Positions 7,497 to 15,762 are shown, counted from the stretch's first letter. The stretch is DNA of 35,204 nt from an uncultured Planctomycetales bacterium (GCA_964365515.1 CAYIQK010000001.1:1-35204); one strand, 5' to 3'. Notes: generated by a model from the sequence alone, not told the origin. Translations and numbers: made by a program.

Positions 7497-8637
7497 CGAG
7501 GGCAAACCTGTCCGTCATGGAAGCGATATGGTTACAGATGATCTCATATTTCTGCGCTTGCGTGTATTGGGCATTTCTGCGGTAGACCGAATAAGGCAGT
7601 TGATCGGGAGACTCCTTGTAAACCGCAAAAAGGTCGTTGATGATCCGTTTGGCCTTCTCCGTCATCCGGATCACCCGGTAATGCCGGTAAAGCCGTTCAT
7701 AGAGAAGCTGCTGCAAATCATCGCGCTGAGTTTTCATCACCGGACTAAAACTGATGGGCGAAGACCCTGGATTTTTGAAATTGTAGGATTTGACTTCAGC
7801 GGAAGACCCGAAATTCAGATCCTTCAGCCTCCGGTCCGAGAACTCCAAAAGGTCTTTGATCTGCATATCAATCAGAAACTTCACCATCTGATACTTAAAC
7901 ATCTCCCTATTGTTTGTCGGCGCAGAACAGCCGACCTTGCGGTGGGCGCCGTTCCAGAGTTCGCTGTCTTTGAGATCCTCCTCGCAGATACAGCTGGAGG
8001 TGAGTCCGTCGTCAATGTCGTGCGATAAATACGCCAGGGAATCCGCGATATCGACGACCTGGGCCTCGAGCGTTGGCCCCTTCCCGGCATAAATTTCGGC
8101 AATGCCCGGAGTATCATAAAGGGTCTTGTGCTTCAAGATACCCACCAGGACCTCTTCGGTGAGGTTGAGCCCGTCAAAATTCGGGTATCGTTTTTCATAT
8201 TTGGTGACGATCTCGAAACTGCGGACATTGTGATTGAACCCGGCGTCATTGACCTCCCTCATGATGTCGTTCAAGGCCTCTTCCCCGGCGTGACCAAAGG
8301 GCGGGTGCCCCAAATCATGCGCCAAGGCGACCGCCTCGATCAAGTCCTCGTTCAACTGAAGAGCGCGGCCGATGGTCCGGGCGATCTGGGCCACCTCGAG
8401 AGTGTGCGTCAGGCGTGTCCTATAATAGTCTCCCTCGAAGATGACGAACACCTGCGTCTTGTACTCGAGCTTTCGAAACGCCTCACTATGGACGACGCGG
8501 TCACGGTCTCGCTGATAGCACGTCCGCACCTCGTGCGGCGGCTCCTCATGGATCCGGCCGGCCGAATCCTTGCTTTTCATGGCATAGGAGGCCAAATTTT
8601 TCTCTTCGATGGATTCAACGTCTATTCGTGTACGCAC
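7456..8637 (-). CDS. dgt: dGTPase-like deoxynucleoside triphosphate triphosphohydrolase (HD superfamily)
   Basis: Contains CYQRDRDRVVHSEAFRKLEYKTQVF, RLTHTLEVAQIAR and HDLGHPPFGHAGE, the canonical Dgt-family blocks. It uses a GTG start that overlaps the HIT gene by 23 nt. Confidence 0.88.
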   Translation of the reverse strand: MRTRIDVESIEEKNLASYAMKSKDSAGRIHEEPPHEVRTCYQRDRDRVVHSEAFRKLEYKTQVFVIFEGDYYRTRLTHTLEVAQIARTIGRALQLNEDLIEAVALAHDLGHPPFGHAGEEALNDIMREVNDAGFNHNVRSFEIVTKYEKRYPNFDGLNLTEEVLVGILKHKTLYDTPGIAEIYAGKGPTLEAQVVDIADSLAYLSHDIDDGLTSSCICEEDLKDSELWNGAHRKVGCSAPTNNREMFKYQMVKFLIDMQIKDLLEFSDRRLKDLNFGSSAEVKSYNFKNPGSSPISFSPVMKTQRDDLQQLLYERLYRHYRVIRMTEKAKRIINDLFAVYKESPDQLPYSVYRRNAQYTQAQKYEIICNHIASMTDRFALDEHKKLFNPYQKV

Positions 8638-9106
8638 GGGTCAAGACCTCATACAACGCCTTCAGAGACTGGGAGATGACTTTCGTATGCGCCGTCACAG
8701 GCATAAAGTTCACATCCCCCTTCCAGCGGGGTACCAGATGAATGTGCAAATGCCCGGGAAAGCCGGCGCCCGCCACCTTGCCTAAGTTGATGCCGATATT
8801 ATAGCCTTCGGGTTTGAGCGCCCGTTCTATCAGGGATTTCGTCTCTTCCAGAAGATCGAATAACCCTTTTTTTTCCTCCCTGCTCAACTTGTCAAAATCG
8901 TCCGCATGACGGTTGGAAACAATCAGCATGTGACCATTGTTGTATGGATAAATATTCAACACGCAATACGCGTATTCCCTGCGTATCACGACGTAGTTTT
9001 TCTGATCGCTTTTCGCTTTCAAAATCCGGCAGAATACGCAATCTTTGTTTTTGCTCAGAATCTTCGTGATATACGTCACGCGCCAGGGCGCCCAGAGTTT
9101 ATCCAT
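8615..9106 (-). CDS. HIT-family nucleotide hydrolase/phosphorylase (Ap4A-phosphorylase-like branch)
   Basis: Histidine triad HLHIHLVPRW and N-terminal LWAPWRVTYI, as in the Ap4A phosphorylase-like HIT subgroup. The subgroup assignment comes from memory of the Rv2613c-type sequence and has not been searched. Confidence 0.85.
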   Translation of the reverse strand: MDKLWAPWRVTYITKILSKNKDCVFCRILKAKSDQKNYVVIRREYAYCVLNIYPYNNGHMLIVSNRHADDFDKLSREEKKGLFDLLEETKSLIERALKPEGYNIGINLGKVAGAGFPGHLHIHLVPRWKGDVNFMPVTAHTKVISQSLKALYEVLTRAYTNRR

Positions 9107-9590
9107 TGCGTGGTTTCACCCGTATGATTTTCCCGCTGATTTGACCTGCCTTGACCTCCAGAATCCCGTAAGAGCGGTACGGCGCCAAGACCAGATCGCT
9201 GGGACTGCCGGGATTAAAATACAAAACATCGTCAATGACTTGATGGAAAGGTTGATGGGTATGCCCAAAGACGATGGCGTCCACCTTGTCGTTTTTGAAT
9301 TCATCCCGAAGAACATCCCTGACACCCTCCGGCGCCCCTATCCCGTGAAACACGCCGATCGTGACACCCTCAACCTGAAAAACCTGGCGCCGGGGAAGGA
9401 CCCGGCGCAAATCATCGCCGTCCATATTCCCGCAAACCGCCTTCAACTCCTTAACACGGCTGAAGGCATTGAGATCCTCCATCGTGCAGAAATCACCGGC
9501 GTGAATGATGAGATCCGTATGCTGAAAATCATCCCAGAGTTGTTGGGGAACCTCCAGCGAATGGGTGTCGGAGACAACGCCTATCTTCAT
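9099..9590 (-). CDS. YfcE/MJ0936-type metallophosphoesterase
   Basis: Contains MKIGVVSDTHS, HAGD, GNMD, FGHTH and NPGS, the calcineurin-like phosphoesterase motif series in a 163-aa protein. Confidence 0.85.
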   Translation of the reverse strand: MKIGVVSDTHSLEVPQQLWDDFQHTDLIIHAGDFCTMEDLNAFSRVKELKAVCGNMDGDDLRRVLPRRQVFQVEGVTIGVFHGIGAPEGVRDVLRDEFKNDKVDAIVFGHTHQPFHQVIDDVLYFNPGSPSDLVLAPYRSYGILEVKAGQISGKIIRVKPRNG

Positions 9591-11224
9591 CGGACAATAT
9601 ACGGTTTGTCAAAAAGGGTCAGCAAGGTATTGACCTCTTCCTCGCTCCAAATCCAAAATTTTTCCTGCAGGGCCCTCACGCGCGTGTTTGCATCGAGCTT
9701 GTTCAAGGAGATGATCAGGCGCTTCTGTGGTCTGTGTCCCGTCTTACGGGATTCCTCCAAGACGGCGTTGACGTCGGCCTCGGCGAAAGGATCGTCCTTG
9801 AAGACAATCAGCCAGATGTTGTCTGAGGTCAAGGCCCGGATGACATTCACATCACTGCCTCCCTCGCCTTTCATCTTCCAAGGAACGATCTCCCGGAAAA
9901 GCGGCAGTTTATATCTTCGGCCGTTCAAGTCAAAGGCCTCATTGTCGAAACAGGACAAAAGCTCAACAATCCTTGACGACAAATCCTTGCAGGAGGCGGC
10001 CTTGAAATTCTCAACGAGACTGTGCAACTCTTCCTGGAACTGCCGTTTTTGCTTTTCGGGATCGAGTTCGAGATCCTTCAGGCGTTCTTGAAAGATATAT
10101 TTGACCCAATACTTAAAGAGTTTATCTTTGAAATAATGAAAATGGCCGTTCTTGACCACAATCCCGGCATCCATGAGACGCTTGATCTGGCTGGTCATTG
10201 GCGCCTTGCCGGCACTCAGATCATTAGAAAGCTCGTCGATTTTATGCTTTCCATTGGAGAGGGAGATGAGCACCGACGGCATGAGACGGATCCCCTTCGC
10301 GTGACAGAGTTCCTGCATGATGAGTTCAAAGTGCCGGCTGATCACTCCCCAACGATGAAAGAGGGTATTCTCCATGGCCTGGGTGAGAATGGGAATGAAA
10401 ATTTCGCTTTGTTTGTGAAAGACGCTCAGATTGACCAGCTCCCGGCATATGAGATGAATATAAAGCGGATGCCCGCCGGTAAAATCAATGAGAAAATTGC
10501 GCAGGGCCGCTGTGATTTTGATGTCCTTGAGTTGGGCGCCAATGAATTCCTGACTCGTTGCCGGATCAAAAGGCTCCACCCTGACCACTTCAAAATTGCC
10601 GAACAACAACGACAATTTCTCCGACAATATCTGACGGGCTATCTGAGGATAAGAGCTCGACACCAGATAAAGGCATTTTTTCTGCGTCATGATCTTCTGC
10701 CCGAGATGCTGAAACACATCCGGGATGCCGAGATCCCCGAGGTCTTGGAATTCATCTAAAATCAGGACACAGGAGCGCCCCGTTTCATTGGTGAAAATTT
10801 CAGGGATGGCCAGTAACCCCATGAACGAAGTGACCAGTTTCCCATTGGAAAAATCTTTATATATTTTCCGTATGACCTGAACCGTGTGAGGAATGGTCTT
10901 TTGGGTGCTCTCCAAAAGAAGGTTGATATCTTCGTGAAGAGGGAGCCCTTGACTTTTGGAGTAATGAGAGAGGAGGGCCGATGTGAACCTCCGCAAAAAG
11001 AAGTTCATGTCCCTGTTTTCCAGATCGACGTAGACAACCGTGACATCTTCATCAGCCAAGTTCGCGATGAAATTGTGCAAGATGGTACTTTTCCCGACGC
11101 AACGGTTCCCGACCAAAGCGACATTCTGCCGGTAGCCGTCTTTGAGATCCAACACCCGTTTCTTCAATAACTCCAAAATGGTACCCCGGCCGAAAAAATT
11201 CTGATCGGTGGACATCACCTTCAC
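9587..11224 (-). CDS. P-loop ATPase of the archaeal-type AAA+ (COG1672/Arch_ATPase-like) family with a wHTH and a DUF234-like C-terminal module
   Basis: Walker A is GNRCVGKST and Walker B is VLILDEFQD. A wHTH-like segment is followed by HYFKDKLFKYWVKYIF, the pattern seen before DUF234. The C-terminal SDVNVIRAL...WLIVFKDD resembles a degenerate PD-(D/E)xK core. The start is either GTG 11224 or ATG 11215. Confidence 0.7.
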   Translation of the reverse strand: MKVMSTDQNFFGRGTILELLKKRVLDLKDGYRQNVALVGNRCVGKSTILHNFIANLADEDVTVVYVDLENRDMNFFLRRFTSALLSHYSKSQGLPLHEDINLLLESTQKTIPHTVQVIRKIYKDFSNGKLVTSFMGLLAIPEIFTNETGRSCVLILDEFQDLGDLGIPDVFQHLGQKIMTQKKCLYLVSSSYPQIARQILSEKLSLLFGNFEVVRVEPFDPATSQEFIGAQLKDIKITAALRNFLIDFTGGHPLYIHLICRELVNLSVFHKQSEIFIPILTQAMENTLFHRWGVISRHFELIMQELCHAKGIRLMPSVLISLSNGKHKIDELSNDLSAGKAPMTSQIKRLMDAGIVVKNGHFHYFKDKLFKYWVKYIFQERLKDLELDPEKQKRQFQEELHSLVENFKAASCKDLSSRIVELLSCFDNEAFDLNGRRYKLPLFREIVPWKMKGEGGSDVNVIRALTSDNIWLIVFKDDPFAEADVNAVLEESRKTGHRPQKRLIISLNKLDANTRVRALQEKFWIWSEEEVNTLLTLFDKPYIVR

Positions 11225-11230
11225 ACTTTC

Positions 11231-11917
11231 TTAAGGCAGATAATAAAGCGGATTGTCTTCAAACGAATTTTTCCGGATCTCAAAATGCACATGATCGATA
11301 TGACCCGTGGTGGCGGCCTCGGCGATCTCCTGCCCTTGATGAACCGGATCATTGAGTTTAACAAAAAGCTTCGCGTTCCTGGCATACACCGAATAAAATT
11401 CGTCCGCGTGATCCAGAATCACGGTATAGCCATAACCGCTCAAGCGATCGGCGAAGACCACGCGCCCTCCACGGGCGGCCTTCACCGCATCCCCTGCCTG
11501 AGCCTGAATATCAATCCCCTTATTGAGCTGTGACCCATTGCGCTCGTGGAAATACCTCAAAACCTTGCCCTTGACAGGCCATACGAACTCGTTGGAGGCA
11601 TCCTGTTTCCCTGAGGCAACATCCTTAACCGTCTGAGCTCCTGGGATAAACACAAGTTGAGTTTCTTCGATTTTAGCGACATTGGGAATACGGTTGGTGC
11701 GGATGACATCCCCAATGGTTGCATTGTAAGTCTTGGCGATCTGCCAGAGCGTTTCCCCTTTTTTGACTTTATGGTAAACCCCCAACCGGTCCGGCTCAGG
11801 GAGATCCGTGACAAGATAATCTTTTTTCGTCTCCAATGTTGCGCATCCCGCAGCCGACACCAGAGCCATAGTCAAAATATATCTGAAGATCAACATTCGT
11901 CCGGCACCCGAAGACAC
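11231..11917 (-). CDS. LysM-domain plus M23-peptidase lipoprotein (NlpD-like)
   Basis: Lipobox VSAAGC, LysM segment YHKVKKGETLWQIAKTYNATIGDVIRTNRI, and M23 motifs GIDIQA...HVHFEIR. It starts at GTG 11917 or at ATG 11896. Confidence 0.85.
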   Translation of the reverse strand: MSSGAGRMLIFRYILTMALVSAAGCATLETKKDYLVTDLPEPDRLGVYHKVKKGETLWQIAKTYNATIGDVIRTNRIPNVAKIEETQLVFIPGAQTVKDVASGKQDASNEFVWPVKGKVLRYFHERNGSQLNKGIDIQAQAGDAVKAARGGRVVFADRLSGYGYTVILDHADEFYSVYARNAKLFVKLNDPVHQGQEIAEAATTGHIDHVHFEIRKNSFEDNPLYYLP

Positions 11918-11934
11918 GCAATCCCCTTAAACGT

Positions 11935-12008
11935 TGGAGCGAGGGACGGGAATCGAACCCGCATGATCAGCTTGGGAAGCTGACATTCTACCATTGAATT
12001 ACCCTCGC
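11935..12008 (-). tRNA. tRNA-Gly, anticodon CCC, with CCA encoded
   Basis: The minus strand reads GCGAGGGTAATTCAATGGTAGAATGTCAGCTTCCCAAGCTGATCATGCGGGTTCGATTCCCGTCCCTCGCTCCA. It folds by hand into a cloverleaf: 7-bp acceptor stem, 4-bp D stem, 5-bp anticodon stem with loop TTCCCAA, T arm GCGGG/TTCGATT/CCCGT, and discriminator U. Confidence 0.9.
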
Positions 12009-12013
12009 ATATT

Positions 12014-12652
12014 TCAGTGACCGCACATTTCTTTTTTAAGATCACTCACCGCTTTTCTAATATCACGTGCCTTGCAGATCGCACGGCAGACGGCAAACCT
12101 ATCAACCCCGATCGCTTGCAACTTCGCAATATTTTCTAACCCGATACCCCCGATCGCAAAAACAGGGATCCGGATATGTTTGACCACCCTGGCAAGCAAA
12201 TCCAAATCCATCGGCTGACGCCCGGGCTTAGTCAAAGTCTTGAACACCGAACCAAAACCGATATAATCAGCGCCTTCTTCTTGAGCTTGCTGAGCCTGCC
12301 GGTATGTCTGGCAGGAGACGCCGATCAAGGCCTGCCGTCCCATCATCCGGCGCGCCAATTTGCAAGAAAAATCGTCCTGTCCCAGATGAACCCCGCAGGC
12401 CCCGCTGGCTAAGGCCAGATCGACACGATCATTGACAATGAAAGGCGCATGCCCTCTGATCAACTTCAAAATCCTTTGCGCAAATTCCAGGATCTCCCTG
12501 GAGGTGCCTGCCTTGTCCCGCAGTTGAATCATATCCACCCCCGAGCGGATTGATTCCTTAGCGATTTCAAAGAGCCGGCCGTCATCGTTCACCTGGCGGT
12601 CCAGGATCAGATAAAGCCTAACATCCCGCAATAACTTTTCCTTCCAACGCAT
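12014..12652 (-). CDS. thiE: Thiamine-phosphate synthase
   Basis: 212 aa. Contains LYLILDR, IQLRDK, IGVSCQT and FAIGGI, in a ThiE TIM-barrel pattern. Confidence 0.9.
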   Translation of the reverse strand: MRWKEKLLRDVRLYLILDRQVNDDGRLFEIAKESIRSGVDMIQLRDKAGTSREILEFAQRILKLIRGHAPFIVNDRVDLALASGACGVHLGQDDFSCKLARRMMGRQALIGVSCQTYRQAQQAQEEGADYIGFGSVFKTLTKPGRQPMDLDLLARVVKHIRIPVFAIGGIGLENIAKLQAIGVDRFAVCRAICKARDIRKAVSDLKKEMCGH

Positions 12653-13085
12653 AGATCCGGTACCGCAGTTTCTTCAAATCTTGGGCGGCCTTTTTGTTTT
12701 TCAACTTGGCAAATTCTTCCAGCACGCGGATGGACTCTTTCACTCTTTGGATATTGGCATCAAAGATATCCCTGACCTTCGTCCTCCTGAATTCAGCCCC
12801 CGTGTCTTTTTTACCGACGTCCATTTCGATGTCACGGCATTCGATCAATCGTGGAAGACCCCACGGCGACATGACCTCTGTCAGCCGGTGGCGGACATCT
12901 TTGAAAGCCCTCGTCAACTCCTTCGCATCAAGAATGAAACGGCAGACATCCTCGCAAACCCTCAATCCCTCTTTGGCCCGATTGAAATTGGCATCAATGA
13001 TCCGATATATCTTTTTTTCATCTACGCAGCGCACTTCTTCAGAATCGCCTTGATCATATTGGTTGACGAGAACCCCGGAACGCAT
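12618..13085 (-). CDS. Uncharacterised protein resembling the domain often found N-terminally fused to ThiE (possibly 'ThiD2'-type; the name is from memory)
   Basis: Contains YRIIDANFNRAKEGLRVCEDVCRFILD...RVKESIRVLEEFAK. It overlaps thiE by 35 nt in a different frame. Its start is uncertain because the ORF overlaps hldC by up to 64 nt. Confidence 0.45.
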   Translation of the reverse strand: MRSGVLVNQYDQGDSEEVRCVDEKKIYRIIDANFNRAKEGLRVCEDVCRFILDAKELTRAFKDVRHRLTEVMSPWGLPRLIECRDIEMDVGKKDTGAEFRRTKVRDIFDANIQRVKESIRVLEEFAKLKNKKAAQDLKKLRYRIYALEGKVIAGC

Positions 13086-13525
13086 TGGACATATTCCACC
13101 CTTCCGCCGGATTGCTTGACAACATCGCTGCCGGCGATGCCCTTGTCTTTCCAGTCGGCCCCCTTGATCAGGACATCCGGTTTCAAAGTCGCGATGATCC
13201 GCTGAGGGGTTTCTTCATTGAAAATGGTCACATAATCCACACACGCCAATGCCGCCAGGACCGCCGCCCGCGCCTTCTGCGGGACAATGGGCCGCTTCGG
13301 ACCCTTGATCTTCCGGACGGAAGTGTCGCTATTGAGTCCCACGACCAGAATCCTGTCATTTCTCTTGGCCTGTTCAAGATACCGCACATGACCACAATGA
13401 AGGATGTCAAAACAGCCGTTGGTAAAGGCAATCTTCTTGCCCTGTTTGCGCCACCGGTTGAGGCGGCGTTTGAGCGTCGCCCATTGAACGATTTTATTTC
13501 TGGTATCCATTCTCATCCATTTCAA
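13022..13525 (-). CDS. hldC: D-glycero-beta-D-manno-heptose 1-phosphate adenylyltransferase (stand-alone RfaE domain II)
   Basis: Cytidylyltransferase-fold motif FTNGCFDILHCGHVRYLEQAK in a 167-aa protein. It is adjacent to gmhA with a 4-nt overlap. Confidence 0.85.
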   Translation of the reverse strand: MKWMRMDTRNKIVQWATLKRRLNRWRKQGKKIAFTNGCFDILHCGHVRYLEQAKRNDRILVVGLNSDTSVRKIKGPKRPIVPQKARAAVLAALACVDYVTIFNEETPQRIIATLKPDVLIKGADWKDKGIAGSDVVKQSGGRVEYVQCVPGFSSTNMIKAILKKCAA

Positions 13526-14097
13526 ACTGACAATTGATCCTCCACCAACTCACAGATCGTGTGAGCGATGCAGATATGCGACTCTTGAATCCTGGCGGTG
13601 TTCGACGAAGGAACAATCAGACTCAAATCCGTCAGTTTGGACAAAGCCCCGCCGTTGTGACCGGTCAAAGAAACCGTCTTCAAGCCCATCGCCTTGGCCT
13701 GTTTGATGCCTTCGATCACGTTTTTGGAATTCCCGCTCGTGGAAATGCCGAAGGCCAGATCCCCCCTGCGGCCTAAGCCTTCGATCTGGCGGGCAAAGAC
13801 GATATCGAATCCGTAATCGTTTCCGAGGGCCGTTAAGATGGAGGTGTCCGTCGTGAGGGCGATGGCTGCGAGAGCCTTGCGTTCTTTTTTGAACCGTCCG
13901 ATGAATTCGGCGGCGATGTGCTGGCTATCGGCCGCCGATCCGCCGTTGCCGAAGAACATGATCTTGCCGCCTTGCTCAAACACCTCCCGGATTTCCCGGA
14001 CGACGGCGGCGATGGTGTCGAGATTCGACCTTAGGGTTTCTTCCTTGACGCGGATGGATTCGCGGAAAATTTCTTCAATCGCTTTTTTCATGAACAC
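13522..14097 (-). CDS. gmhA: Phosphoheptose (sedoheptulose-7-phosphate) isomerase
   Basis: SIS domain with FGNGGSAADSQHIAAEF, ISTSGNS and a conserved C-terminal QE.H pattern. Confidence 0.9.
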   Translation of the reverse strand: MFMKKAIEEIFRESIRVKEETLRSNLDTIAAVVREIREVFEQGGKIMFFGNGGSAADSQHIAAEFIGRFKKERKALAAIALTTDTSILTALGNDYGFDIVFARQIEGLGRRGDLAFGISTSGNSKNVIEGIKQAKAMGLKTVSLTGHNGGALSKLTDLSLIVPSSNTARIQESHICIAHTICELVEDQLSV

Positions 14098-14109
14098 ACT
14101 TCAAATGGA

Positions 14110-15135
14110 TTATCCGGAAAAATCTTGAGCCAACCGGTAAAGATCTTCATCAATGGGTTTGTGCTGCCGGACCGCTTCCTCAATCTTGACGGAACGGATT
14201 TTGTTGTCTCGCAGACTGACCATTTCTCCGAATTTTTTCTCAACGACCATCTCCACCGCCTTGAACCCAAAACGCGTGCCGATGATCCTGTCAAAGGCGG
14301 TGGGTGTCCCCCCGCGCTGAATGTGCCCCAAGACACTGACGCGCGTTTCGTAGCCTGTGTTTTCTTCAATCAGATTCGCGATCAGTTCTCCAATTCTTCC
14401 GACGTGGTGATTGCGCTCCATGTCATCGCCTTCGGGAGTAACCGAATAACCGTGGATTTTCGCCCCCTCGGAGGCGACGACAATGCTGAAAGTCTTGCCC
14501 CGTTTGTGGCGCTCCTTCAAGGCATCACAGATGTCATTGATGTTCAAGGAAAACTCGGGGACACAAATGATATGAGCCCCGCCGGCGATGCCCGCCTCGA
14601 GGGCAATCCATCCCGTGTAACGGCCCATGACCTCAATGACCATGATGCGATGGTGGCTTTCGGCGGTTGTGTGAAGCCGGTCGATGCATTCGGTGGCGAT
14701 ATTGACGGCCGTATCAAATCCAAAGGTATAATCCGTTCCCGAGAGGGCATTATCAATAGACTTCGGAACCCCCACAATGGGGACATCATAACGTTTGTAC
14801 AGATCGAATGCAATCTTGAGCGTATTTTCCCCCCCGACCGCGATCAGGGCATCCATCCCGCTTCGCTTAAAATTTTCAGCCATGACGTCCATCTGTTCGC
14901 CGTCCAAAGGCGGAATGAGACGGCTTGTCCCCAGGATGGTTCCACCCCGGGCCAGGATGCCGGAGGTCAGCCGCAGGTCCACAATCCTCATATCATTCTC
15001 AACAAGGCCCATCCATCCGTTCTTGACACCGGTGACCACATAACCCTCCAGCATCGCCTTGCGGACGACGGCTCGGATGACCGAGTTTAATCCCGGACAA
15101 TCCGCTCCTCCCGTTAAAATGCCGATCTTCTGCAC
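14110..15135 (-). CDS. pfk: 6-phosphofructokinase (PFK-A family; ATP versus PPi donor unresolved)
   Basis: Contains IGILTGGADCPGLNSVIR, GGENT, VGVPKSIDNAL, MGRYTG and LGHIQRGG, which are aligned by eye to E. coli PfkA. Confidence 0.9.
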   Translation of the reverse strand: MQKIGILTGGADCPGLNSVIRAVVRKAMLEGYVVTGVKNGWMGLVENDMRIVDLRLTSGILARGGTILGTSRLIPPLDGEQMDVMAENFKRSGMDALIAVGGENTLKIAFDLYKRYDVPIVGVPKSIDNALSGTDYTFGFDTAVNIATECIDRLHTTAESHHRIMVIEVMGRYTGWIALEAGIAGGAHIICVPEFSLNINDICDALKERHKRGKTFSIVVASEGAKIHGYSVTPEGDDMERNHHVGRIGELIANLIEENTGYETRVSVLGHIQRGGTPTAFDRIIGTRFGFKAVEMVVEKKFGEMVSLRDNKIRSVKIEEAVRQHKPIDEDLYRLAQDFSG

Positions 15136-15147
15136 AATATTCTCCTC

Positions 15148-15762
15148 TTAAGCGCGATATCCCTGAAACGGGACGTCAGCCTCGGAGTCTTCCGCGTCTT
15201 GCTGGCGTTTGTTGGGACGTTTCTCTTTGGGACATTCAGAAATGATTTTTCCGATGTAAACACTCACATTCACAGGTTCATCCAATCCGATGATATCCTG
15301 AATCTTTCTTCTCGTCAATTCCTGCACCTTGGATGTGGCCTCGGGGATGTTGACCTCCGAACACAGCACCGACCGGATCCTCACCCGAAGTCCCCTCCCG
15401 GAAGCCCTGATGTTCACCCTGACGTCCTTGATCTCGGACAATCTCACAAGCGTGCGCCGGATCAGATCCTCCAAAGCCGCCAGAGCGACACTGACACGGC
15501 CGGACGGATTATCAAAGGCAATGATCTTCTCCCTGTGCGTATTGACCGAAAACAACTGATAAAAAATATAATTGATCAAAAGAAGCGCTCCCGTCATCCC
15601 GCCCACCGCCAACTGCAAGGTCTGATCGCGATCAATGGCGTAAAGCACAAACAAAACGTTTTGCAAGCTCACATAGTTCAAAACATACAGGATGGTGAAA
15701 CACCCGACAAACAAAACAAACGTCACATAAAACAAGACTGCCATACGGGTCAAGAATCTCAT
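15148..15762 (-). CDS. amaP: AmaP-like membrane anchor protein for Asp23
   Basis: Two N-terminal TM helices plus a soluble domain. It sits immediately downstream of the Asp23-family gene with a 4-nt overlap, which is the conserved asp23-amaP pairing. Confidence 0.6.
   Translation of the reverse strand: MRFLTRMAVLFYVTFVLFVGCFTILYVLNYVSLQNVLFVLYAIDRDQTLQLAVGGMTGALLLINYIFYQLFSVNTHREKIIAFDNPSGRVSVALAALEDLIRRTLVRLSEIKDVRVNIRASGRGLRVRIRSVLCSEVNIPEATSKVQELTRRKIQDIIGLDEPVNVSVYIGKIISECPKEKRPNKRQQDAEDSEADVPFQGYRA

Noticed and set aside
9045-10091. Long plus-strand ORF (348 aa) antisense to the phosphoesterase and ATPase genes. Similar antisense ORFs lie at 736..1440, 4792..5589, 14125..15090, 21511..22449, 25294..26193 and 27242..28012.
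   Set aside because: All lie entirely inside well-supported minus-strand genes. Their composition is Arg/Ser/Pro/Leu-biased and low in complexity. They lack recognisable motifs and Shine-Dalgarno sequences. This is the typical shadow-ORF behaviour of the antisense frame.
12653-13100. Expected TPP riboswitch upstream of thiE, and likewise a Mn riboswitch upstream of mntH at 156..172
   Set aside because: There is no non-coding space: the region is occupied by overlapping ORFs, and the mntH spacer is only 17 nt. I saw no CUGAGA-type TPP core.
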